A stretch of DNA of 64,000 nt, taken from assembly GCF_964355755.1 (NCBI RefSeq), contig NC_092678.1, positions 4,790,422 to 4,854,421 on the forward strand, in the 5' to 3' direction. A program made the position numbers and the translations under genes. This DNA comes from Antedon mediterranea. Lineage: Eukaryota; Animalia; Echinodermata. A model generated the notes under the pieces. The model searched no databases, was not told where the DNA came from, and saw only the letters and a list, made by a program, of their open reading frames with translations. Below are positions 11,901-26,645 of the stretch, piece by piece (the stretch's first letter is position 1; each line of letters begins with the position of its first letter).

Positions 11901-14900
11901 TGCCCATTCAAATCATCGGCAGGATTAGCAACCACAGCTTACTCATCACACTCTAAAGCGTCTACTGCCATCTTACATGCCCATTCAAAGCATCGGCAGG
12001 ATTAGTAATCACAGCTTACTCATCACACTCTAAAGCGTCTACTGCCATCGTACGTATCCATTCAAAGCATCGGCAGGATTAGCGTCCACAGCTTACTTAT
12101 CACACTCTGCGCGTCTACTGCCATCTTATATGCCCATTCAAAGAATTGGCAAGATTAGCGTCCACAGCTTACTCATCATACTATAGAGCGTCTACTGCCA
12201 TCTTACGTGCCCATTCAAAGCATCGGCAAAATTAGCGTCCACAGCTGAATCATCACATTCTAAAGCGTCTACTGCCATCTTACATGTCCATTCAAAGCAT
12301 CGGCAGGATTAGCGTCCGCAGCTTACCCATCATAGTCTAAAGCGTCTACTGCCATCTTACGTGACTATTCAATGAATCAGCAAAATTAGTGTCCACATCT
12401 GACTTATCACACTCTAAAGCGTCTACTGCCATCTTATACGTCCATTCAAAGCATCGGCAGGATTAGCAACCACAGCTTACTCATCACACTCTAAAGCGTC
12501 TACTGTCATCTTACGTGCTCAATCAAAGCATCGACAGGATTAGCATCCACAGCTGAATCATCATACTCTAAAGCGTCTACTGCCATCTTATATGCCCATT
12601 CAAAGCATCGGCAGGATTAGCGTCCACAGCTTACTCATCATAGTCTAAAGCGTCTACTGCCATCTTACGTGCCCATTCAAAGCATCGGCAGGATTAGCAA
12701 CCTCAGCTTACTCATCACACTCTAAAGCATCTACTGCCATCTTACGTGCCTATTCAAGACATCAGCAAGATTAGCGTCCACAGCTTACTCATCATAGTCT
12801 AAAGCGTCTACTGCCATCTTACGTGCCCATTCAAAGCATCGGCAGGATTAGCAACCACAGCTTACTCATCACACTCTCAAGCGTCTACTGCCATCTTACG
12901 TCATGCCCATTCAAAGCATCGGCAGGATTAGCAACCACAGCTTAATCATCACACTCTAAAGCGTCTACTGCCATCGTATGTGTCAATTCAAAGCATCGGC
13001 AGGATTAGCGTCCACAGATTACTCATCACACTCTGCGCGTCTACTGCCATCTTATGTGCCCATTCAAAGTATCGGCAAGATTAGAGTCCACAGCTGACTC
13101 ATCACACTCTAAAGCGTCTACTGCCATCTTACATGTCCATTCAAAGCATCGGCAGGATTAGCGTCCACAGCAATGCTCATCATACTCTAAAGTGTCTACT
13201 GCCATCTTATGTGCCCATTCAAAGCATCGGCAGGATTAGTGTCCACAGCTTATTCATCACACTCTAAAGCGTCCACTGCCATCTTACGTGCCCATTCAAA
13301 GCATCGGCAGGATTAGCGTCAAACAGCTTACCCATCATAGTCTAAAGCGTCTACTGCCATCTTACGTGCCCATTCAAAGGATCGGCAGGATTAGCGTCCA
13401 CTACCCATCATAGTCTAAAGCGTCTACTGCCATCTGACGTGCCCATTCAAAGCATTGGCAGGATTAGCAACCACAGCTTACCCATCATAGTCTAAAGCGT
13501 CTACTGCCATCTTACGTGCCCATTCAAATCATCGGCAGGATTAGCAACCACAGCTTACTCATCACACTCTAAAGCGTCTACTGCCATCTTACATGCCCAT
13601 TCAAAGCATCGGCAGGATTAGCGTCCTCAGCTTACCCATCATAGTCTAAAGCGTCTACTGCAATCTTACGTGCCCATTCAGAGCATCGGCAGGATTAGCG
13701 TCGACAGCTTACTCATCACACTCTAAAGCGTCTACTGCCATCTTACGTGCCAATTCAAAGCATCGGCAGGATTAGCAACCACAGCTTACCCATCATAGTC
13801 TAAAGCGTCTACTGCCATCTTACGTGCCCATTCAAATCATAGGCAGGATTAGCAACCACAGCTTACTCATCACACTCTAAAGCGTCTACTGCCATCTTAC
13901 ATGCCCATTCAAAGCATCGGCAGGATTAGCGTCCTCAGCTTACCCATCATAGTCTAAAGCGTCTACTGCAATCTTACGTGCCCATTCAGAGCATCGGCAG
14001 GATTAGCGTCGACAGCTTACTCATCACACTCTAAAGCGTCTACTGCCATCTTACGTGCCAATTCAAGGCATCGGCAGGATTAGCAACCACAGCTTACTTA
14101 TCACACTCTCAAGCGTCTACTGCCATCTTACTTGCCCATTCAAAGCGTCGGCAGAATTAGCAACCACAGCTTACTCATCACACTCTAAAGCGTCTACTGC
14201 CATCGTACGTGCCCATTCAAAGCATCGGCAGGATTAGCGTCCACAGCTTACCCATCACACTCTAAAGCGTCTACTGCCATCTTACGTGCCCATTCAAAGC
14301 ATCGGCAGGATTAGCGTCCACAGCTTACTCATCATAGTCTAAAGCGTCTACTGCCATCTTACATGTCCATTCAAAGCATCGGCAGGATTAGCATCCACAG
14401 CTTACTAATCATACTCTAAAGCGTCTACTGCCATCTTACGTGCCCATTCAAAGCATCGACAGGATTAGCAACCACAGCTTACTCATCACACTCTCAAGCG
14501 TCTACTGCCACCTTAGGTGCCCATTCAAAGCATCGGCAGGATTAGTAACCACAGCTTACTCATCACACTCTAAAGCGTCTACTGCCATCGTACGTATCCA
14601 TTCAAAGCATCGGCAGGATTAGCGTCCACAGCTTACTTATCACACTCTGCGCGTCTACTGCCATCTTATATGCCCATTCAAAGCATCGGCAAGATTAGCG
14701 TCCACAGCTTACTCATCATACTATAGAGCGTCTACTGCCATCTTACGTGCCCATTCAAAGCATCGGCAAAATTAGCGTCCACAGCTGAATCATCACATTC
14801 TAAAGCGTCTACTGCCATCTTACATGTCCATTCAAAGCATCGGCAGGATTAGCGTCCGCAGCTTACCCATCATAGTCTAAAGCGTCTACTGCCATCTTAC

Positions 14901-17900
14901 GTGACTATTCAATGCATCAGCAAAATTAGTGTCCACATCTGACTTATCACACTCTAAAGCGTCTACTGCCATCTTATACGTCCATTCAAAGCATCGGCAG
15001 GATTAGCAACCACAGCTTACTCATCACACTCTAAAGCGTCTACTGTCATCTTACGTGCTCAATCAAAGCATCGACAGGATTAGCATCCACAGCTGAATCA
15101 TCATACTCTAAAGCATCTACTGCCATCTTATATGCCCATTCAAAGCATCGGCAGGATTAGCGTCCACAGCTTACTCATCTTAGTCTAAAGCGTCTACTGC
15201 CATCTTACGTGCCCATTCAAAGCATCGGCAGGATTAGCAACCTCAGCTTACTCATCACACTCTAAAGCATCTACTGCCATCTTACGTGCCAATTCAAGAC
15301 ATCAGCAAGATTAGCGTCCACAGCTTACTCATCATAGTCTAAAGCGTCTACTGCCATCTTACGTGCCCATTCAAAGCATCGGCAGGATTAGCAACCACAG
15401 CTTACTCATCACACTCTCAAGCGTCTACTGCCATTTTACGTCATGCCCATTCAAAGCATCGGCAGGATTAGCAACCACAGCTTACTCATCACACTCTAAA
15501 GCGTCTACTGCCATCTTACATGCCCATTCAAAGCATCGGCAGGATTAGCGTCCTCAGCTTACCCATCATAGTCTAAAGCGTCTACTGCAATCTTACGTGC
15601 CCATTCAGAGCATCGGCAGGATTAGCGTCGACAGCTTACTCATCACACTCTAAAGCGTCTACTGCCATCTTACGTGCCAATTCAAGGCATCGGCAGGATT
15701 AGCAACCACAGCTTACTTATCACACTCTCAAGCGTCTACTGCCATCTTACTTGCCCATTCAAAGCGTCGGCAGAATTAGCAACCACAGCTTACTCATCAC
15801 ACTCTAAAGCGTCTACTGCCATCGTACGTGCCCATTCAAAGCATCGGCAGGATTAGCGTCCACAGCTTACCCATCACACTCTAAAGCGTCTACTGCCATC
15901 TTACGTGCCCATTCAAAGCATCGGCAGGATTAGCGTCCACAGCTTACTCATCATAGTCTAAAGCGTCTACTGCCATCTTACATGTCCATTCAAAGCATCG
16001 GCAGGATTAGCATCCACAGCTTACTAATCATACTCTAAAGCGTCTACTGCCATCTTACGTGCCCATTCAAAGCATCGACAGGATTAGCAACCACAGCTTA
16101 CTCATCACACTCTCAAGCGTCTACTGCCACCTTAGGTGCCCATTCAAAGCATCGGCAGGATTAGTAACCACAGCTTACTCATCACACTCTAAAGCGTCTA
16201 CTGCCATCGTACGTATCCATTCAAAGCATCGGCAGGATTAGCGTCCACAGCTTACTTATCACACTCTGCGCGTCTACTGCCATCTTATATGCCCATTCAA
16301 AGCATCGGCAAGATTAGCGTCCACAGCTTACTCATCATACTATAGAGCGTCTACTGCCATCTTACGTGCCCATTCAAAGCATCGGCAAAATTAGCGTCCA
16401 CAGCTGAATCATCACATTCTAAAGCGTCTACTGCCATCTTACATGTCCATTCAAAGCATCGGCAGGATTAGCGTCCGCAGCTTACCCATCATAGTCTAAA
16501 GCGTCTACTGCCATCTTACGTGACTATTCAATGCATCAGCAAAATTAGTGTCCACATCTGACTTATCACACTCTAAAGCGTCTACTGCCATCTTATACGT
16601 CCATTCAAAGCATCGGCAGGATTAGCAACCACAGCTTACTCATCACACTCTAAAGCGTCTACTGTCATCTTACGTGCTCAATCAAAGCATCGACAGGATT
16701 AGCATCCACAGCTGAATCATCATACTCTAAAGCATCTACTGCCATCTTATATGCCCATTCAAAGCATCGGCAGGATTAGCGTCCACAGCTTACTCATCTT
16801 AGTCTAAAGCGTCTACTGCCATCTTACGTGCCCATTCAAAGCATCGGCAGGATTAGCAACCTCAGCTTACTCATCACACTCTAAAGCATCTACTGCCATC
16901 TTACGTGCCAATTCAAGACATCAGCAAGATTAGCGTCCACAGCTTACTCATCATAGTCTAAAGCGTCTACTGCCATCTTACGTGCCCATTCAAAGCATCG
17001 GCAGGATTAGCAACCACAGCTTACTCATCACACTCTCAAGCGTCTACTGCCATTTTACGTCATGCCCATTCAAAGCATCGGCAGGATTAGCAACCACAGC
17101 TTAATCATCACACTCTAAAGCGTCTACTGCCATCGTATGTGTCAATTCAAAGCATCGGCAGGATTAGCGTCCACAGATTACTCATCACACTCTGCGCGTC
17201 TACTACCATCTTATGTGCCCATTCAAAGTATCGGCAAGATTAGAGTCCACAGCTGACTCATCACTCTGTAAAGCGTCTACTGCCATCTTACATGTCCATT
17301 CAAAGCATCGGCAGGATTAGCGTCCACAGCAATGCTCATCATACTCTAAAGTGTCTACTGCCATCTTATGTGCCCATTCAAAGCATCGGCAGGATTAGTG
17401 TCCACAGCTTATTCATCACACTCTAAAGCGTCCACTGCCATCTTACGTGCCCATTCAAAGCATCGGCAGGATTAGCGTCAAACAGTTTACCCATCATAGT
17501 CTAAAGCGTCTACTGCCATCTTACGTGCCCATTCAAAGGATCGGCAGGATTAGCGTCCACTACCCATCATAGTCTAAAGCGTCTACTGCCATCTGACGTG
17601 CCCATTCAAAGCATCGGCAGGATTAGCAACCACAGCTTACCCATCATAGTCTAAAGCGTCTACTGCCATCTTACGTGCCCATTCCAATCATCGGCAGGAT
17701 TAGCAACCACAGCTTACTCATCACACTCTAGAGCGTCTACTGCCATCTTACATGCCCATTCAAAGCATCGGCAGGATTAGCGTCCTCAGCTTACCCATCA
17801 TAGTCTAAAGCGTCTACTGCAATCTTACGTGCCCATTCAGAGCATCGGCAGGATTAGCGTCGACAGCTTACTCATCACACTCTAAAGCGTCTACTGCCAT

Positions 17901-20900
17901 CTTACGTGCCAATTCAAAGCATCGGCAGGATTAGCAACCACAGCTTACCCATCATAGTCTAAAGCGTCTACTGCCATCTTACGTGCCCATTCAAATCATC
18001 GGCAGGATTAGCAACCACAGCTTACTCATCACACTCTAAAGCGTCTACTGCCATCTTACATGCCCATTCAAAGCATCGGCAGGATTAGCGTCCTCAGCTT
18101 ACCCATCATAGTCTAAAGCGTCTACTGCAATCTTACGTGCCCATTCAGAGCATTGGCAGGATTAGCGTCGACAGCTTACTCATCACACTCTAAAGCGTCT
18201 ACTGCCATCTTACGTGCCAATTTAAAGCATCGGCAGGATTAGCAACCACAGCTTACTTATCACACTCTCAAGCGTCTACTGCCATCTTACTTGCCCATTC
18301 AAAGCGTCGGCAGAATTAGCAACCACAGCTTACTCATCACATTATAAAACGCCTACTGCCATCTTACATGCCCATTCAAAGCATCGGCAGGATTAGCGTC
18401 CACAGCTTACTCATCACACTCTAAAGCGTCTACTGTCATCTTACGTGCTCAATCAAAGCATCGACAGGATTAGCATCCACAGCTTACTCATCACACTCTC
18501 AAGCGTCTACTGCCACCTTAGGTGCCCATTCAAAGCATCAGCAGGATTAGCAACCACAGCTTACTCATCACACTCTGCGCGTCTACTGCCATCTTATGTG
18601 CCCATTCAAAGCATCGGCAAGATTAGCGTCCACAGCTTACTCATCATACTATAGAGCGTCTACTGCCATCTTACGTGCCCATTCAAAGCATCGGCAAAAT
18701 TAGCGTCCACAGCTGAATCATCACACTCTAAAGCGTCTACTGCCATCTTATACGTCCATTCAAAGCATCAGCAGGATTAGCAACCACAGCTTACTCATCA
18801 CACTCTAAAGCGTCTACTGTCATCTTACGTGCTCAATCAAAGCATCGACAGGATTAGCATCCACAGCTGAATCATCACACTCTAAAGCGTCTACTGCCAT
18901 CTTACATGCCCATTCACAGCATTGGCAGGATTAGCGTCCACAGCTTACTCATCATACTCTAAAGCGTCTACTGCCATCTTACATGCCCATTCAAAGCATC
19001 GGCAGGATTAGCAACCTCAGCTTACTCATCACACTCTAAAGCATCTACTGCCATCTTACGTGCCAATTCAAGACATCAGCAAGATTAGCGTCCACAGCTT
19101 ACTCATCATAGTCTAAAGCGTCTACTGCCATCTTACGTGCCCATTCAAAGCATCGGCAGGATTAGCAACCACAGCTTACTCATCACACTCTCAAGCGTCT
19201 ACTGCCATCTTACGTCATGCCCATTCAAAGCATCGGCAGGATTAGCAACCACAGCTTAATCATCACACTCTAAAGCGTCTACTGCCATTGTATGTGTCAA
19301 TTCAAAGCATCGGCAGGATTAGCGTCCACAGCAATACTCATCATACTCTAAAGTGTCTACTGTAATCTTATGTGCCCATTCAAAGCATCGGCAGGATTAG
19401 TGTCCAAAGCTAATATTCATCACACTCTAAAGCGTCCACTGCCATCTTACGTGCCCATTCAAAGCATCGGCAGGATTAGCGTCCACAGCTTACCCATCAG
19501 TCTAAAGCGTCTACTGCCATCTTACGTGCCCATTCAAAGGATCGGCAGGATTAGCGTCCACTACCCATCATAGTCTAAAGCGTCTACTGCCATCGTACGT
19601 GCCCATTCAAAGCATCGGCAGGATTAGCGTCCACAGCTGACTCATCACACTATAAAACGCCTACTGCCATCTTACATGCCCATTCAAAGCATCGGCAGGA
19701 TTAGCGTCCACAGCTTATTCATCATACTCTAAAGCGTCTACTGCCATCTTACGTGCCCATTCAAAGCATCGGCAGGAGTAGCATCCACAGCTTTACTCAT
19801 CATACTCTAAAGCGTCTACTGCCATCTTACGTGCCCATTCAAAGCATCGGCAGAATTAGCGTCCACAGCTTACTCATCATACTCTAAAGCGTCTACTGCC
19901 ATCTTACGTGCCCATTCAAAGCATCTGCAAGATTAGCGTCCACAGCTGACTCATTATACTATAGAGCGTCTACTGCCATCTTACGTGCCCATTCAAAGCA
20001 TCGGCAGGATTAGCATCCACAGCTTATTCATCATACTCTAAAGCGTCTACTGCCATCTTACTTGCCCATTCAAAGCATCGGCAGGAGTAGCGTCCACAGC
20101 TTTACTCATCATACTCTAAAGCGTCTACTGCCATCTTACGTGCCCATTCAAAGCATCGGCAGGATTAGCGTCCACAGCTTACTCATCATACTCTAAAGCG
20201 TCTACTGCTATCTTACGTGCCCATTCAAAGCATCGGCAAGATTAGCGTCCACAGCTTACTCATTGTACTATAGAGCGTCTACTGCCATCTTACGTGCCCA
20301 TTTAAAGCATCTGCAAAATTAGCGTCCACAGCTGACTCATCACACTCTAAAATGTCTACTGCCATCTTACATGTCCATTCAAAGCGTCGGCAGGATTAGT
20401 GTCCACAGCTAACTTACCACACTCTAAAGCGTCTACTGCCATCTTACGGGCCCATTCAAAGCGTCGGCAGGATTAGCAACCACAGCTTACTCATCACACT
20501 CTAAAGCGTCTACTGTCATCTTACGTGCTCATTCAAAGCATCAACAGGATTAGCAACCACAGCTGAATCATCACACTCTAAAGTGTCTACTGCCATCTTA
20601 CGTGCCTATTCAAAGCATCGGCAGGATTAGCGTCGACGGCTTACCCATCACAGTCTAAAGCGTCTACTGCCATCTTACGTGCCCATTCAAAGGATCGGCA
20701 GGATTAGCGTCCACTACCCATCTACTGCCATCTTACGTGCCCATTCAAAGCATCGGCAGGATTAGCATCCACAGCTTTATACCCATCATAGTCTAAAGCG
20801 TCTACTGCAATCTTACGTGCCCATTCAAAGCATCGGCAGGATTAGCGTCGACAGCTTACTCATCACACTCTAAAGCGTCTACTGCCATCTTACGTGCCAA

Positions 20901-22920
20901 TTCAAGGCATCGGCAGGATTAGCAACCACAGCTTACTTATCACACTCTCAAGCGTCTACTGCCATCTTACTTGCCCATTCAAAGCGCCGGCAGGATTAGC
21001 AACCACAGCTTACTCATCAAACTCTGAAGCGTCTACTGCCATCGTACGTGCCCATTCAAAGCATCGGCAGGATTAGCGTCCACAGCTGACTCATCACACT
21101 ATAAAACGCCTACTGCCATCTTACATGCCCATTCAAAGCATCGGCAGGAGTAGCGTTCACAGCTTTACTCATCATACTCTAAAGCGTCTACTGCCATCTT
21201 ACATGTCCATTCAAAGCATCGGCAGGAGTAGCGTTCACAGCTTTACTCATCATACTCTAAAGCGTCTACTGCCATCTTACGTGCCCATTCAAAGCATCGG
21301 CAGGATTAGCGTCCACAGCTTACTCATCATACTCTAAAGCGTCTACTGCCATCTTACGTGCCCATTCAAAGCATTGGCAAGATTAGCGTCCACGGCTTAC
21401 TCATTATACTATAGAGCGTCTACTGCCATCTTACGTGCCCATTTAAAGCATCTGCAAAATTAGCGTCCACAGCTGACTCATCACACTCTAAAGCGTCTAC
21501 TGCCTTCTTACATGTCCATTTAAAGCATCGGCAGGATTAGCGTTCAAAGCTTACTCATCATACTCTAAAGCGTCTACTGCCATCTTATGTGCCCATTCAA
21601 AGCATCGGCAGGATTAGCGTCCACAGCTTACTCATCATACTCTAAAGCGTCCACTGCTAAAGCGTCTACTGCCATTTTATGTACCTATTCATTGCATCGG
21701 CAAAATTATTGTCCACAGCTGACTTATCACACTCTAATGCGTCTACTGCCATCTTATATGTCCATTCAAAGCATCGGCAGGATTAACGTCCACAGCTTAC
21801 TCATCATACTCTAAAGCGTCTAATGCCATCTTACGTGCCCATTCAAAGCATCGGCAGGATTAGCGTCCACAGCTTACTAATTATACTCTAAAGCGTCTAC
21901 TGCCATCTTATGTGCCCATTCAAAGCATCGGCAGGATTAGCGTCCACAGCTTATCCATCATAGTCTAAAGCGTCTACTGCCATCTTACGTGTCCATTCAA
22001 AGCATCGGCAGGATTAGCGTCCACAGCTTACTCATCATACTCTAAAGCGTCTACTGCCATCTTATGTGCCCATTCAAAGCATTGGCAGGATTAGAGTCCA
22101 CAGCTGACTCATCACACTATAAAACGCCTACTGCCATCTTACATGCCCATTCAAAGCATCGGCAGGATTAGCGTCCACAGCTTACTCATCATACTCTAAA
22201 GCGTCTACTGCCATCTTACGTGCCCATTCAAAGCATCGGCAGGATTAGTGTCCACAGCTTTACTCATCATACTCTAAAGCGTCTACTGCCATCTTACGTG
22301 CCCATTCAAAGCATTGGCAGGGTTAGCAACCACAGCTTTACTCATCACACTCTAAAACGTGTACTGCCATCTCACGTGCCCATTCAAAGCATCGGCAGGA
22401 TTAGCAACCACAGCTTACTCATCGCACTCTCAAGCTTCTTCTGCCATCTTACGTGCCCATTCAAAGCATCGGCAGGATTAGCAACCACAGCTTACTCATC
22501 ACACTCTAAAGCGTCTACTGCCATCTTACGTGCCCATTCAAGGCATCTGCAAGATTAGCGTCCACAGCTTACTCATCACACTCTAAAGCGTCAACTGCCA
22601 TCTTACGTGCTCATTCAAAGCATCGGCAGGATTAGCGTCCACAGCTTACTCATCATACAATAAAGCGTCTACTGCCATCGTACGTGCCCATTAAAAGAAT
22701 CGGCAGGATTAGCAACCACAGCTTACTCATCACACTCTCAAGCTTCTACTGCCATCTTACGTGCCCATTCAAAGCATCGGCAGGATTAGCGTCCACAGCT
22801 TACTCATCACACTCTAAAGCGTCTACTGCCATCGTACGTGCCCATTCAAAGTATCGGCAGGATTAGCGTCCACAGCTGACTCATCATACTATAGCGTCTA
22901 CTGTTATCTTACGTGCCCAT
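8973..22920. repeat. 77-bp satellite array 1 (~180 monomers) with higher-order repeats
   Basis: Consensus GCCCATTCAAAGCATCGGCAGGATTAGCGTCCACAGCTTACTCATCACACTCTAAAGCGTCTACTGCCATCTTACGT. Period is 77 (aaagcatcgg at 9061 and 9138). Identical ORF pairs 14055/15674 and 14440/16059 give a 1619-bp higher-order period. Confidence 0.98.
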
Positions 22921-23860
22921 TTGTACTTCTACGGGTGTATATGTGTACTGTCGCCTCACTGTACTGTAAACATAAATTTATGAGGTTCCATTTTTATATA
23001 TATATATTTTTTATTTTATTTATAAACTTATTTTACATGGATGACATTTTCATTAAAAATAATGTTCTTACAAATGGTTCATGTTAAAAGAAATGTATGC
23101 ATAATAGTGAATAGTTACAAAACATTTTTTTGTTGTTTTAGATTATAGAAAGACATACAAGAACTATTACATTTTAAATACAGATACAAATAATAAACAG
23201 TTATATATATATATTTTTGCATCATTGTATGAATACTATTGAAAGAAACAGCCACAACAAGGGCCTTAACATCACAGGTGATGACCACATCCCCTGATTA
23301 ACTGATATAAAAGTAATTATGTGAATGTTTACCTTTCTCCTATCTTTGCTGTATCAATCTTAATAAAACCAGCACAATTTATAAATACTTTGGGACCCAA
23401 ATTGTAAGTTGTCACAAGCTGTATCCGGTTCTCAAGCCTTTGGTTTTCTTGTTTCAATGTCTGTCAAATTAAAATAGTAAATAAAATAAATATAAAATCA
23501 TATTTTGCATAATAGGAGTAGATATATTTAAACAAAATATAATACATGCATTCTGCATTAGGTAGGCATACCTTAATAATTGTGCCTGATTTTCTTGGGC
23601 ACAGTACGGACACAAACTGCATCAAGACTGTGTGTGAGGATGCTTAAGAGCACGGTTTATATCCAATCCAACCTCGTTCACACAATAAATAAATTCCTGA
23701 TAAGTGTCTTTATCACTAATTGCTTTTGTTTGAATGAATCCATCAAGCCATTATCAAGATGCTCTTTGACACAGATTTCTTGTCCTTGGCAGTTACCACC
23801 GTACTTCGTGCTATGGAGATAGCTTGACGCAAGTTTGAGAGGGTATTGCCGGAATTCACT
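22921..23860 (-). pseudogene. Multi-exon minus-strand pseudogene that hosts the satellite, copy A; product unknown
   Basis: Exon 23860-23572 (cag|...AAG|gtatgc), a 111-bp intron, exon 23460-23333 (tttgacag|[15 protein letters not shown]...|gtaaac), then an acceptor tgtttacag| at 22964 leading into the array. Frameshifts and stops are present. Confidence 0.55.
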
Positions 23861-24352
23861 CTGTAATCAAACCGTATTTCTTAAAAGTAATGCTTAACTT
23901 ATTACATACTTGAAAGCAACAATGAATATAAACTAGTAGCTGTATTCACCAATGATACTTTAAGTGAGATACTTAGTATTTAAGGGAAACATCTTAAGTT
24001 CGAAAGATTTTTAAAATATACATTAAAATACAATTAAAGATGTATTGTCCCTTGAAACACAAAAATGAAGGTCAAAATATTCTAAATTTAAATTGGCCAT
24101 ATCAAAGTAATATCACGTCGAAGTCGAAAGACAAAAATTCGAGCCAAAAAACACAAGTTTACTTAATTAACAGGTAAATTAATTTGATTACATTTCGTCT
24201 GGAAAACGTCGCTAACGAAAGTAAACAAAGATTTCAAACCACATTAGGCGTGATGCTATTAGGATTGTTTACAACTCGTCATGGTTGACAAGGTGTTTGT
24301 TTTCACACAGATCGCGAGAAAGTTTTATGATTATGCATACAGAGTAGCCAAA

Positions 24353-24817
24353 CAAGCACGTTGCATTATGAAATATGTTTTGATCGAAAACTTTGACTGG
24401 AAGTCAAAGTTATTTTTTGAACAAAAAAACGTCTGTATTCCAGTTAAATGATTTAACTGCACAGATTTAACTGCACAGATATCATACAAAATAATCCTTC
24501 TGTTTCTATAGTTTTAGTAAATGAAATATATATGACATATTCATATAAAATGGAAGGAAGAATAACTTTAAGATAAGATAATAAGCAAGCACGTTGCATT
24601 ATGAAATATGTTTTGATCGAAAACTTTGACTGGAAGTCAAAGTTATTTTTTGAACAAAAAAACGTCTGTATTCCAGTTAAATGATTTAACTGCACAGATT
24701 TAACTGCACAGATATCATAAAAAATAATCCTTCTGTTTCTATAGTTTTTAGAAATGAAATATATATGACATATTCATATAAAATGGAAGGAAGAATAACT
24801 TTAGGATAAGATAATAA
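24353..24817. repeat. Recent 233-bp tandem duplication
   Basis: caagcacgttgcattatg occurs at 24353 and 24586, and the two copies are nearly identical. Confidence 0.95.
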
Positions 24818-25005
24818 GATTTATAAAGTGCACATATATCCACAAAGTGCTCAAGGTGAGTTTCCATACATTCACTGCAAGTGTTACAAAGTCTAGACTA
24901 CAACTGTTTTCAGTAATAAACGTAACATTCATACCTGTCATTCTGACTCATCTGCAAAAGCGTCCAAATCTAAATCTTGTACCCTCTCTGGATTATCAAG
25001 AATCT

Positions 25006-26645
25006 CATTTGAAGCATCGGCAGGATTAGCGCCCACAGCTCACTCATCATACTCTAAAGCGTCTACTGCCATCTTACGTGCTCATTCAAAGCATCGGCAG
25101 GATTAGCGTCCACAGCTTACTCATCATAGTCTAAATCGTCTACTGCCATCTTACATGCCCATTCAAAGCATTGGCAGGATTAGTGTCCACAGCTTACTCA
25201 TCACACTCTAAAGCGTCTACTGCCATCTTACGTGCCCATTCAGAGCATCGGCAGGATTAGCGTCCACAGCTTACTCATCACACTCTAAAGCGTCTACTGC
25301 CATCTTACATGCTCATTCAAAGCATCGGCAGGATTAGCAACCACAGCTGACTCATCTGCAAAAGTGTCCAAATCTAAATCTTGTAGCCTCTCTGAATTAT
25401 CAAGAATCTCATTTGAAGCATCGGCAGGATTAGCATCCACAGCTCACTCATCATACTCTAAAGCGTCTACTGCCATCTTACGTGCCCATTCAAAGCATCG
25501 GCAGGATTAGCAGCCACAGCTTACTCATCACACTCTAAAGCGTCTACTGCCATCTTACGTGCCCATTCAAAGCATCGGCAGGATTTAGCATCCACAGCTT
25601 ACTCATCACACTCTAAAGCGCCTACTGCCATCTTACATGCCCATTCAAAGCATCGGCAGGATTAGCGTCCACAGCTTACTCATCATACTCTAAATCGTCT
25701 ACTGCCATCTTACGTGCTCATTCAAAGCATCGGCAGGATTAGCGTCCACAGCTTACTCATCATAGTCTAAATCGTCTACTGCCATCTTACGTGCTCATTC
25801 AAAGCATCGGCAGGATTAGCGTCCACAGCTTACTCATCATACTCTAAAGCCTCTACTGCCATCTTACGTGCCTATTCAAAGCATCGGCAGGATTAGCGTC
25901 CACAACTTTCTCATCATACTCTAAAGCGTCTACTGCCATCTTACGTGCCCATTCAAAGCATCGGCAGGATTAGCGTCCACAACTTACTCATCATACTCTA
26001 AAGCGTCTACTGCCATCTTACGTGCCCATTCAAAGCATCGGCAGGATTTAGCATCCACAGCTTACTCATCACACTCTAAAGCGCCTACTGCCATCTTACG
26101 TGCCCATTCAAAGCATCGGCAGGATTAGCGTCCACAGCTTACTCATCATACTCTAAATCGTCTACTGCCATCTTACGTGCTCATTCAAAGCATCGGCAGG
26201 ATTAGCGTCCACAGCTTACTCATCATAGTCTAAATCGTCTACTGCCATCTTACGTGCTCATTCAAAGCATCGGCAGGATTAGCGTCCACAGCTTACTCAT
26301 CATACTCTAAAGCCTCTACTGCCATCTTACGTGCCTATTCAAAGCATCGGCAGGATTAGCGTCCACAACTTACTCATCATACTCTACAGCGTCTACTGCC
26401 ATCTTACGTGCCCATTCAAAGCATCGGCAGGATTAGCGTCCACAACTTACTCATCATACTCTAAAGTGTCTACTGCCATCTTACGTGCTCATTCAAAGCA
26501 TCGGCAGGATTAGCGTCCACAACTTACTCATCATACTCTAAATCGTCTACTGCCATCTTACGTGCTCATTCAAAGCATCGGCAGGATTAGAGTCCACAGC
26601 TTACTCATCATACTCTAAAGCGTCTACTGCCATCTTACTTGCCCA
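25006..26645. repeat. 77-bp satellite array 2 (~20 monomers)
   Basis: Same monomer as array 1, with flanks homologous to those of array 1 on both sides. A re-duplicated piece of its own left flank sits at ~25350-25415. Confidence 0.97.

Noticed and set aside
10053-26513. Many 60-112 aa [10 protein letters not shown]... ORFs
   Set aside because: By-products of the 77-bp period cycling through frames, mostly with GTG starts.
8973-26645. 77-bp arrays as a CRISPR array
   Set aside because: Monomers are head-to-tail with no unique spacers, there are no cas genes, and the context is eukaryotic.
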